This document shows, one piece after another, positions 1 through 7,879 of a stretch of DNA of 25,049 nt. Source of the DNA: a virus (taxonomy: Duplodnaviria; Caudoviricetes); IMG/VR virus record IMGVR_UViG_3300020045_004730, positions 1 to 25,049 of that record. One strand, 5' to 3'. The position numbers and the translations under genes are program-made. The stretch's first letter is position 1. The number at the start of each line of letters is the position of its first letter. The notes beneath the pieces were generated by a model. It ran no database searches, was not told where the DNA came from, and was given only the letters and a program-made list of their open reading frames with translations.

Positions 1-935
1 GATGTAACGAAATAGACCCTAAAATGATTGAAGCGTATAAAACTAATCACAATCCAAAGTATGCTTATTTAGAACCTATACAGACTTTTAAACTTCGCAA
101 AGATTTACCAAAAGAATTATACGATTTGGATATACTCGATGGAAGCCCTCCTTGCAGTTCTTTCAGTATGGCAGGAAATCGTGAGAAAGATTGGGGAAAA
201 GATAAAGTATTTCGTGAGGGTCAAGCTATGCAAGTTTTAGATACTTTGTTCTTTGATTTTATTGATTTAGCAAAAGAATTACAGCCTAAAATTGTTGTAG
301 CTGAAAATGTAAAAGGATTGCTTTTAGGTAATGCAAAATCTTATGTTATTCAAATTTATAAAGCATTTGATGAAGCCGGTTACACTTGTCAACACTTCTT
401 ATTAGATGCTTCAAAAATGGGTGTTCCACAAAGGCGCGAACGTGTATTTTTTATTGCGTTACGTAAAGATTTAGCCGGTCAGTTTATGGAGCAAAAAGAT
501 ATGTTTACATTCTTGCCTAAAATTGAAATGGTGTTTAAGGAGAAATCTATTATTTTAAATGATTTTTATGTGGAAGGATTAAATGATAGACCAATAGCAG
601 AAGGTAAAATTTATTCTTATTGGTTAAAGCGGATAAAAACAGATAATTCATTAGCGGATACATTACAAAGAGAGGAAAACAGAAATAGCTGTTTTAATAA
701 CACATTGCTACATAAAGAAAAAGTCCCTCCTACTTTTACATCAAATTCAGATTGTGCTTATATGTATGATGAATTCAGAAGACCAAATAAAATTGAAAGC
801 TGTTGTATTGGTAGTTATCCACAAGATTATGAATTCAACACTCCTTATAATTATCTAATTGGAATGTCAGTCCCCCCTGTAATGACTGCTCAAATAGCAA
901 CTAATATTTATGAACAATGGCTGTCAAAAATTTAA
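1..935 (+). CDS. DNA (cytosine-5)-methyltransferase, 5'-truncated by the window edge
   Basis: C5-MTase motifs IV (GSPPCSSFS), VI (ENVKGL), VIII (QRRERVF) and X (IGMSVPP) are present. The frame is open back to position 3 (CNEIDPKM) and motif I is missing, so the true start lies upstream of the window. Confidence 0.93.
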   Translation, partial: CNEIDPKMIEAYKTNHNPKYAYLEPIQTFKLRKDLPKELYDLDILDGSPPCSSFSMAGNREKDWGKDKVFREGQAMQVLDTLFFDFIDLAKELQPKIVVAENVKGLLLGNAKSYVIQIYKAFDEAGYTCQHFLLDASKMGVPQRRERVFFIALRKDLAGQFMEQKDMFTFLPKIEMVFKEKSIILNDFYVEGLNDRPIAEGKIYSYWLKRIKTDNSLADTLQREENRNSCFNNTLLHKEKVPPTFTSNSDCAYMYDEFRRPNKIESCCIGSYPQDYEFNTPYNYLIGMSVPPVMTAQIATNIYEQWLSKI

Positions 936-1063
936 AACAAAAACAACCCACAATCGAAGAACTTGAAAAAGAGTATCGGAGGTTAATTCAGATTGACAAA
1001 GAAAAAGCAAAGGAAATTAAAAAGAAAATTGATTTTATATTCTGGGGGATTAAAGACAAATAA
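917..1063 (+). CDS. small hypothetical protein (48 aa, MAVKNLKQKQPTIEELEKEY...IFWGIKDK), not in the ORF track
   Basis: ATG at 917 overlaps the end of the MTase, TAA at 1061-1063; fills the gap before the gene at 1085. Confidence 0.6.
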   Translation: MAVKNLKQKQPTIEELEKEYRRLIQIDKEKAKEIKKKIDFIFWGIKDK

Positions 1064-1084
1064 CAATTAAAAAACAAAATAATT

Positions 1085-1330
1085 ATGGCAACAGTTAGCG
1101 TAGATGTAGACGTAAATTTAGAAGATTTTGATACCGATGATATTTTAGATGAATTAAAATATAGGTATAAACGTGATTATGATTGTAGATTAATCGATGA
1201 GTTTATGCAGAATTTAAGAGGGCAAAGAAACAGACCAGAAAGTATTTCGCTTTTAGACCAGATAAAAATTGATTTTGTAATCAACAATTTAGACAAAATA
1301 AAACTTACTGATTTAGAAAACTTGATTTAA
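1085..1330 (+). CDS. hypothetical acidic phage protein (81 aa)
   Basis: ORF track; A-rich leader ending in AATTATG. Confidence 0.75.
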   Translation: MATVSVDVDVNLEDFDTDDILDELKYRYKRDYDCRLIDEFMQNLRGQRNRPESISLLDQIKIDFVINNLDKIKLTDLENLI

Positions 1331-1356
1331 AACCCCCACGAAATCCTAAATAATTA

Positions 1357-1386
1357 TTGTAGATTGGGATTAAATTTGTATATTTG
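1357..1386 (+). promoter_or_regulatory. Bacteroidota primary-sigma promoter of the replication operon
   Basis: TTG (1357-1359), 19 nt spacer, TATATTTG (1379-1386): exact Flavobacterium-type -33/-7 consensus, intergenic. An imperfect inverted repeat AATCCTAA/TTGGGATT (1342-1371) overlaps it. Confidence 0.75.
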
Positions 1387-1390
1387 TGAT

Positions 1391-1482
1391 TGTAATATTC
1401 GTTGCAGGCTTATTACACTTGAAAGAACTTTTAAATTATCCTATCGGGGAGAAGCTGCAACCTTCAAACCGATGGGATTTTT
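1391..1482 (+). ncRNA. putative structured leader RNA: two hairpins with complementary loops (kissing loop/pseudoknot)
   Basis: Stem 1391-1397/1411-1417; stem 1438-1447/1469-1478 with inner stem 1451-1454/1462-1465; loop segments GTTGCAG (1401-1407) and CTGCAAC (1455-1461) are exact reverse complements; a T-run follows. Confidence 0.65.
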
Positions 1483-1503
1483 GCATTTAATAACATTAAT
1501 ATT

Positions 1504-1737
1504 ATGAACGAAAAACACGAACAATGGTTAAAAATGTCTTTTGAAGAAAGACGTGGCCGAGTTTCACATTATTTAGTGGATCACACTTTTATGACGGTTA
1601 ATCCAACAGACGATCATCTTGCTTATATTGGTAAGGAATTTGGATATAAAGATTGTGTCTATATGGTTTTAGACATTACAAGAAATGAAGCTTTTGATTT
1701 GACTTTTATTCACGCTATTGTATCTGAAGAATTATGA
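1504..1737 (+). CDS. hypothetical protein (77 aa)
   Basis: ORF track; ATGA overlap with the next gene. Confidence 0.7.
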   Translation: MNEKHEQWLKMSFEERRGRVSHYLVDHTFMTVNPTDDHLAYIGKEFGYKDCVYMVLDITRNEAFDLTFIHAIVSEEL

Positions 1738-2342
1738 TAAAAAACAATGATTTAACAGAAAAAGAATTTGTCGATAAAATTGTAATAGAGTTTGAAAAAT
1801 ACTTTATCGTTAGGCGTGAGTGTTGGTCGAAATGTAGAACAAAACGAATTGATTTAATTCTACAGATACCGGAAACAGATGTTTACTTTGGTATCGAAGC
1901 AAAACGGCCAGACAAAAAAAGGGGTGAGGCAATAGCAAAGTTTATTCAACAAGCAAGTGAATACGCTAAACTTGAATTTGATTTACAAAAGAACGGTTTA
2001 AGTTTTGCCAAAATTCCTATTTTTATTTGTCCGGCCTTGTCTTATAATTATTTTATTTTGAATGAGTATAGTGCGGAAATAAATATAAAGTCAAATTTGT
2101 TTCAACACTACAAAGATAATTCGCATTTACTATGGCATCAGGACAGGCATTTAAAACATCATAAACATCATACCTTTAACGGTTTGTTAGGTGGGTTCGG
2201 AATAGGTGAAGTTCGTAGAAATTTTGATAGAAGCTTTTATTTTTCGTTAAGTAATTTTACAATTTTTACTACTGAAAAGGACTGGCATACAAAAGAAGTC
2301 AAAGGACTTCATACAGAAAACTACAATAAACTCAAATTGTAA
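1734..2342 (+). CDS. putative PD-(D/E)XK-fold nuclease
   Basis: E...RIDLIL...YFGIEAKR...QASEYA matches the (P)D-ExK plus QxxxY pattern of restriction-endonuclease-like folds. Confidence 0.6.
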   Translation: MIKNNDLTEKEFVDKIVIEFEKYFIVRRECWSKCRTKRIDLILQIPETDVYFGIEAKRPDKKRGEAIAKFIQQASEYAKLEFDLQKNGLSFAKIPIFICPALSYNYFILNEYSAEINIKSNLFQHYKDNSHLLWHQDRHLKHHKHHTFNGLLGGFGIGEVRRNFDRSFYFSLSNFTIFTTEKDWHTKEVKGLHTENYNKLKL

Positions 2343-3244
2343 TGGAGCCGATTCGCTTCCAGTATTATGAAAGCGACATCAAAAAGACACAACCGCTTGG
2401 AGATGTTAGCTTGAATTACTGGATTAAGTCAATGATTAATCCCAAAGAAAAGTTTGAATCTGTTTTTAAGGCCATTGAAGAAGCTTCCAAAAGTCAAAAC
2501 AAGGCCGAAAAGGACAAACTTAAACGACACTTGTATTTTTTTACTCCTTGTGTTATTGTAAAAGGAACACGAAAATATGTAAACATTGAAAAGTTTACCG
2601 GATTAATAACTATTGATTTCGATAATTTAGAACCTGATTACGCTATTGAATTTAAAGAAGCTCTTTTCAAAGAGTATAAATTTATTATTTGTTGTTGGTT
2701 ATCGGCCTCAAAAAAAGGGGTGAGGGCATTAGTCAGAATACCAATTGCAAAGGATATAAAAGAGTTTAAACAGTATTTTTTGGCTTTACGTGAAGAATTA
2801 GGAATTTACAACGGTTTTGATATGGCTCCACAAAATTGCGTTTTACCTATGTTTATGTCATACGACAAAGAAATATTGTACCGTGAGGATTACTGTACTT
2901 GGGTTAAAAAATACACGCCTTATGTGAAGCCGATTATACCGCAATATTTTATAAGTAACGATTCAACAGTAGTTGAAAAAATAGTACATTCAGCAGTTAA
3001 TAAAATAACATCAAACGGACACCCACAATTAAGGGCAATTGCATACGCTTTGGGCGGTTATGTTTCGGCCGAGTACATTTCGGAACAGGATGCGATAACA
3101 TTAATTAATAAATGTATTGACAATAATTCATATTTGGCCAGACGAACAACAGGAATGAATATGGCCGATGTTTACAAAACAACCGCAAAAACAATGGTTA
3201 TAAAAGGCCAATCAGAAAAATTATTTATAGATGGAAAAATTTAA
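2342..3244 (+). CDS. BT4734-like / VirE N-terminal domain primase (AEP superfamily)
   Basis: LKRHLYFFTP, FTGLITIDFD (DxD) and SASKKGVRALVRI resemble BT4734/VirE_N motifs; helical C-terminal domain; directly upstream of a helicase. Confidence 0.75.
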   Translation: MEPIRFQYYESDIKKTQPLGDVSLNYWIKSMINPKEKFESVFKAIEEASKSQNKAEKDKLKRHLYFFTPCVIVKGTRKYVNIEKFTGLITIDFDNLEPDYAIEFKEALFKEYKFIICCWLSASKKGVRALVRIPIAKDIKEFKQYFLALREELGIYNGFDMAPQNCVLPMFMSYDKEILYREDYCTWVKKYTPYVKPIIPQYFISNDSTVVEKIVHSAVNKITSNGHPQLRAIAYALGGYVSAEYISEQDAITLINKCIDNNSYLARRTTGMNMADVYKTTAKTMVIKGQSEKLFIDGKI

Positions 3245-4757
3245 AGACGAAACTAAAAACAAGGAATTAAATCCAGTTGATTGGTTTAATTTATTCGGAG
3301 ATTTTAAAGAGGTTTTCAAACTTGACAAAAATCATTTGTATAAATCAGATACAGAAGTTTGTGCTATTAAAGACCAAAACAAAATAGTATTCACATTAAA
3401 AGACCTGGGAGCTATTCAAGTTGTAGGAGATGACTATTTTGATATTGCAACCGGTTCAAAATGTACAAAATTTATGCTTTTTTGTAAAGTTAGATTTAAA
3501 GGTGATTATCATTCGGCAATGTCGTTTGTTCGTTTCTTTTTAATGAAACAAGATATTCCATATATTAGAGTGGGAACAGATTATTATAAAACCATAGTAA
3601 AAGAAAACCGTTACGGAGGTAAGGCCGTTCTTTTGAAGCATTGGAAAAAAGACGAAATAAAACAAGACCATTCGGCAACGTTTGTTAATCACATTTACAA
3701 GTATGATGACTTCGATATTATCCCGGATAACATAAATTTTCTTCCATCAAAAAACAGTTGTTATAATTTGTATTGCAAATTTCCACACGATCCATTTATG
3801 GAAATGGTTGGCGATGATGATATAAGATATTCATTAAATCTTATGAATCATATTTTTGGCGAACAATTACAACTAGGATTAAAGTATATGAAATTGCTTT
3901 ATGAGTTTCCAAAGCAGATACTTCCTATACTTGCTTTAGTGTCAACCGAAAGAGGAACGGGTAAAACAACTTTTCTTAATTGGATTGATATGATATTTGG
4001 AGAAAATACCGTTCTTATTTCGCCTGATGACGTAGCCAGAGGTTTTAATTCAATCTATGCAACCAAAAATATAATTATGATTGATGAAACTGTTATCGAA
4101 AAAAATACAACAGTAGAACGTTTGAAGTCAATAGCAACAGCCAAAAGTATTTCGGTTTCACAAAAATTCGTATCTGAATACTCTATACCATTTTTCGGTA
4201 AAGTTATTCTTTGCACCAATAAAGAAAATGACTTTATGCGTATTGATGAGGAAGAAGTTCGTTTCTGGATTAGAAAAATTAACCCTATAATGAATTTGAA
4301 TACAAATATAGAAAAACATTTGTTTGAAGAGATACCTAAATTCTTAAAATACTTATTGCAATTACCGGAAATTGATTTCACACAATCGAGAATGGTTTTT
4401 ACAAAACAGGAAATTGCAACGGATAGTTTAGAGAAAGTTAAAAAAGAATCTAAATCAGGACTTTGTAAAGATTTGGAAATTATTATTGAGGATCATTTCG
4501 ATAATAATAATATAGAAACTTTTGAAGCAACGGCCAAAGATGTTAAAGAAAAATGGTTTAATCATAACAATCAGTATTCAATATCATACATTAGAAAAGT
4601 ATTGAAAGACGAAATGAAACTAAAATCTTCCAAGATAAAGAAATACTATCCTTTTGGAATTATGGTTTTGAATGGAAGTAAGGCCGGAACGCCTTTTGTT
4701 TTTGAGAGAAAATCACAATTTGTTGAAAGTGAAGAAGTTGACGAATTAGAGTTTTAA
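3231..4757 (+). CDS. primase-associated P-loop DNA helicase (DUF5906 / NrS-1 / SF3-like)
   Basis: Walker A ERGTGKTT, Walker B IIMIDE, motif C ILCTN, arginine-finger-like VRFWIR. Confidence 0.8.
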   Translation: MEKFKDETKNKELNPVDWFNLFGDFKEVFKLDKNHLYKSDTEVCAIKDQNKIVFTLKDLGAIQVVGDDYFDIATGSKCTKFMLFCKVRFKGDYHSAMSFVRFFLMKQDIPYIRVGTDYYKTIVKENRYGGKAVLLKHWKKDEIKQDHSATFVNHIYKYDDFDIIPDNINFLPSKNSCYNLYCKFPHDPFMEMVGDDDIRYSLNLMNHIFGEQLQLGLKYMKLLYEFPKQILPILALVSTERGTGKTTFLNWIDMIFGENTVLISPDDVARGFNSIYATKNIIMIDETVIEKNTTVERLKSIATAKSISVSQKFVSEYSIPFFGKVILCTNKENDFMRIDEEEVRFWIRKINPIMNLNTNIEKHLFEEIPKFLKYLLQLPEIDFTQSRMVFTKQEIATDSLEKVKKESKSGLCKDLEIIIEDHFDNNNIETFEATAKDVKEKWFNHNNQYSISYIRKVLKDEMKLKSSKIKKYYPFGIMVLNGSKAGTPFVFERKSQFVESEEVDELEF

Positions 4758-4780
4758 AACCAACGGTTAAAAACTTGAAT

Positions 4781-5027
4781 GGTAAAAAACGAGTAAAAGC
4801 ACTTTTTACCTAATTTTCTCAATGTTTATAATGGTTAAGCGAGTGGTAAAAAATAAAAAGTAAAATTTAGTAAATTCCTAGCAACATTGAAAACGTCAGA
4901 GTTTTTACTATTTACTCTATTATTTTTTACCTTTTAGAGAAAATATAGTAATAGTAAGGGTTTAGAGTGGTAAAAAAAGGTAAAAACATAGGTAAAAAAA
5001 GGTAAAAAACAACCAAAAAGTAAAAAA
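4781..5027. repeat. iteron-like RGTAAAA repeat cluster, candidate replication origin
   Basis: Nine forward copies (4781, 4792, 4845, 4859, 4969, 4979, 4991, 5001, 5019) and three reverse copies (about 4804, 4903, 4925) in an intergenic stretch directly after the helicase. Confidence 0.7.
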
Positions 5028-5029
5028 CA

Positions 5030-5179
5030 ATGAAAACATACATATCAAAGAAAAATAGGCCATTTAGACTATCGAGCGTGAGTAAGTCGGAATACGGATG
5101 GGAGTGCGTAATTAAATGGTTAGACACCCAAAAATTTGAAACATTTGCATTTGATACAATTGAACCATATTTAAAATAA
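5030..5179 (+). CDS. small hypothetical protein (49 aa, MKTYISKKNRPF...EPYLK), not in the ORF track
   Basis: A-rich leader, ATG at 5030, TAA at 5177-5179, 5 nt before the helicase start. Confidence 0.6.
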   Translation: MKTYISKKNRPFRLSSVSKSEYGWECVIKWLDTQKFETFAFDTIEPYLK

Positions 5180-5184
5180 TAATT

Positions 5185-6825
5185 ATGTACGAACTTCGAG
5201 AGCCACAAAACATAGTCCTTTCAAAAATAAAACAGAATGCAAAGGCCGGCCATAAGAAAATTTTGGTTTCTGCCCCAACTGGTTTTGGCAAAACAATTTT
5301 GAGTTACCAAATATGTAAGGATGCTTTATCAAAAAACAGTAGAGTATTATTTACAAGCCATAGAATCGGATTGGCCGAACAATCCAGAGATAAATTTTCA
5401 ACTCTTAATCCAAGTTTTTTGCAAGGCGATTCAAAGGGATATATTGAAGATTACGGCCTATTAGTGGCAACCCTGCAAACTCTTATTAATACTGAAATAA
5501 AAGAACCTAAAATAATTATTATTGATGAGTGCCATTACGGGTATGAAACTAATTATATTCAAGATTTATTTAAACGTTGGCAGGATGCTATATTTATAGG
5601 GTTAAGTGCAACACCTACGGATGACAAAAACTTTTTATTAGATGGATTCGATGCAATTATTGACGATTACCAAACGGCAGATTTAATAGAATTGGGTTGG
5701 TTGGTTCCATTTCAAATATTTTGTCCTGTCAGTATAGATACTTCAAACATAAAGGTTTCACAAACAACAAATGACTACCAAGAAAAGAGTTTGTCAGAAG
5801 CTTTAGTGTTTCAAAACATAAATGTATCCATAGTAGAAAATTATATTAAATTAGGTGAGGATAGGAAATTTATTTGCTTCGCATTAAATACCGGCCATTG
5901 TCATTCATTGCAGGAAGAATTCGCAAAACAAAACATAAAAGTAGATTTGATAACGGCCAGTGCATCACCAAAGAAAAGAATAGAAATATTTGAACGTTAC
6001 AAAAACGGTATCACCAAAGGGATTATTTCAATAGAGATACTTACAGCCGGATTTGATGACCCTACAGTAAAATGTGTTATATTGGCCTGTCCTACTAAAG
6101 CGTGGAAAAAATACATTCAATGTTGTGGCCGGGGTATTCGATTGCTAGGCAATGACCTAAATGAATCTATTGCAAATGGGAAAAGCGATTGTATCTTATT
6201 AGATTGCTGCGGATGCGTTGAAGAACACGGATTACCAACGGACAGAAAAGAGTTAGTTTTTGGCCGTAAAATTTCAAGAGTTATTGATCGTGAGATGAGT
6301 TTAGATACTTCAAACGAATTAAGGCAAAACATAAATAACTATGTAACAGAAGAAAAACAAATATTCCTTAAACGGATTGGTAGTTTGTTAGACTTATATG
6401 ATGGCAAAATATACCAAAAAGAAGCTGAATTACAAGAGGACGTTAATAGTTTTTTAGACAAAACAGGATATTTTTATTGGAGACAAAACAGCGGAAAGGC
6501 CTATATTGAAAATAGATGGGTGCATTTCGCTTCAAAATCAGGATTGCCAGACAACGCTATTTATTATAAAAATACTTCCTTTTATTTTGGGTGTGAATTA
6601 AAAATGAAGTACGGAAAATTAACAGACAAGCAAAAAGAAACATTACCTGAAATGATACAAAACAACGTTTTATTCTTTATTTGTGAAAGCGTTTATGATG
6701 TTTACAAGGCTATTGAACACGTTGAAAATAATATTTTGTTTAGTGAAGATGGCTATTTAATAAAAAATTCAATTTACGATTTACCACAACGACAAATAGA
6801 ATTAAGAACCAAACTAAAATTATAA
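5185..6825 (+). CDS. SF2 DEAD/DEAH-box helicase with C-terminal VRR-NUC-like nuclease domain
   Basis: Helicase motifs APTGFGKT, DECH, SAT, TAGFD, QCCGRGIR; C-terminus EAELQ...GLPD...CELK...GKLTDKQ. Confidence 0.88.
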   Translation: MYELREPQNIVLSKIKQNAKAGHKKILVSAPTGFGKTILSYQICKDALSKNSRVLFTSHRIGLAEQSRDKFSTLNPSFLQGDSKGYIEDYGLLVATLQTLINTEIKEPKIIIIDECHYGYETNYIQDLFKRWQDAIFIGLSATPTDDKNFLLDGFDAIIDDYQTADLIELGWLVPFQIFCPVSIDTSNIKVSQTTNDYQEKSLSEALVFQNINVSIVENYIKLGEDRKFICFALNTGHCHSLQEEFAKQNIKVDLITASASPKKRIEIFERYKNGITKGIISIEILTAGFDDPTVKCVILACPTKAWKKYIQCCGRGIRLLGNDLNESIANGKSDCILLDCCGCVEEHGLPTDRKELVFGRKISRVIDREMSLDTSNELRQNINNYVTEEKQIFLKRIGSLLDLYDGKIYQKEAELQEDVNSFLDKTGYFYWRQNSGKAYIENRWVHFASKSGLPDNAIYYKNTSFYFGCELKMKYGKLTDKQKETLPEMIQNNVLFFICESVYDVYKAIEHVENNILFSEDGYLIKNSIYDLPQRQIELRTKLKL

Positions 6826-6867
6826 CCCCCTCTCCCAATTCCAACAATTAATTTATTTAGAAACGAT

Positions 6868-7065
6868 ATGTACGTAACAGAAAAAGATTTAGACACAATT
6901 TCAGAATTAAGCGCATTTGTAGCAGGTGCTTTAGAAAGTGCCGATGATGTAGAATATTGGAGTGATTTAGAAAAAAGAGTTAATAAGTTAGAGCAAAAGA
7001 TGGGCAAACAATATGCAAGACAAATACGCATAACAACCCCTACTATCAAAAATCATTCTAAATAA
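6868..7065 (+). CDS. hypothetical protein (65 aa)
   Basis: ORF track; co-oriented with neighbours, plausible composition. Confidence 0.7.
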   Translation: MYVTEKDLDTISELSAFVAGALESADDVEYWSDLEKRVNKLEQKMGKQYARQIRITTPTIKNHSK

Positions 7066-7076
7066 CGTTTTATGTA

Positions 7077-7106
7077 TTGTTTTATCAAATATGTTTCGTA
7101 GATTTG
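7077..7106 (+). promoter_or_regulatory. Bacteroidota-type promoter
   Basis: TTG (7077-7079), 19 nt spacer, TAGATTTG (7099-7106), intergenic. Confidence 0.7.
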
Positions 7107-7247
7107 ACCCAACAAATAAAAATTATAGGAATTATGACAACAGATTTAACAACAACTGCAAAATGGAAATCACTGAAATGTTGGATTTAGAATATGATGA
7201 AGAAAAAAACGCTTATAAAAATCCTAACTACACAAACAAATAACCCT

Positions 7248-7400
7248 ATGCCACGCAAAAAACTACCAATCGGTAAAAAAAAGATACCGTTCATTATCTA
7301 TATCGAGGGCGAATATATCACAGAACAAAACCGTGAAGAACTCCAAACCATCGCATATAAAGCAATTGTAGAACATTTAAAGCTATTACATCAACAATAA
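7248..7400 (+). CDS. small basic protein (50 aa, MPRKKLPIGKKK...), possible ribbon-helix-type DNA-binding protein
   Basis: ATG at 7248 preferred over 7194 because it follows an A-rich leader; basic N-terminus, alternating hydrophobic strand, then helix. Confidence 0.55.
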   Translation: MPRKKLPIGKKKIPFIIYIEGEYITEQNREELQTIAYKAIVEHLKLLHQQ

Positions 7401-7458
7401 CCCAAAACCAATACCAAACTACCACTTTATATAAAATAGTGGCTTAAAATTGATTATT

Positions 7459-7851
7459 ATGAAAGCAAAAGAATTTAGAATAGGGAATTTATACAGTCAG
7501 TTTGGTAATGTTCACGAAGTGACTTGGGTTACAATTAAAGAATTAGAGAAAGCACCTGTAGAGCAATTGTGGTGCAAACCAATCCAATTAACAGAAGATT
7601 GGTTGTTGAAAACAGATTTAATCCTGTCAGATGATAGTGGAGATATTAAATACTTTGATATTCCAAATACTAAATATTTTATATGTTTAGATCACGACGA
7701 TGTTTCATTTGGATTTTATCCAATAATGAACAATAAAACAGAAATAATTATTTTAGAATGGTGGAGTCTTGGAATACCAGTTCATCAGTTCCAAAACCTT
7801 TATTTCGCATTAACAGGTCAAGAACTTGCAATTGTCAATCCAATTCCATAG
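7459..7851 (+). CDS. hypothetical phage protein (MKAKEFRIGN...VHQFQNLYFALTGQEL type)
   Basis: ORF track (TTG start at 7450); ATG at 7459 is more likely. The terminal motifs resemble a family I recall from Bacteroidota phages. Confidence 0.75.
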   Translation: MKAKEFRIGNLYSQFGNVHEVTWVTIKELEKAPVEQLWCKPIQLTEDWLLKTDLILSDDSGDIKYFDIPNTKYFICLDHDDVSFGFYPIMNNKTEIIILEWWSLGIPVHQFQNLYFALTGQELAIVNPIP

Positions 7852-7856
7852 ATTTG
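7826..7856 (+). promoter_or_regulatory. Bacteroidota-type promoter overlapping the end of the upstream gene
   Basis: TTG (7826-7828), 20 nt spacer, TAGATTTG (7849-7856). Confidence 0.55.
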
Positions 7857-7879
7857 TATTTCATAATTAACAAATTTTT

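Noticed and set aside
4055-4381. Minus-strand ORFs in the track lying over long plus-strand genes (4055-4381, 6117-6332, 6774-7049, 7923-8114, 11048-11353, 13170-13400, 15140-15877, 16639-16821, 17898-18356, 20244-20960, 22472-23137, 23841-24032)
   Set aside because: They are antisense shadows of plus-strand genes, with skewed Ser/Phe/Leu composition and no recognisable motifs.
4781-5027. Possible CRISPR-like mini-array
   Set aside because: The repeats are only 7-13 nt, irregularly spaced and in both orientations, and there are no cas genes.
4927-5208. 93-aa hydrophobic minus-strand ORF resembling a membrane protein
   Set aside because: The Phe/Leu richness comes from reading the A-tract repeats backwards, and a better plus-strand ORF lies at 5030-5179.
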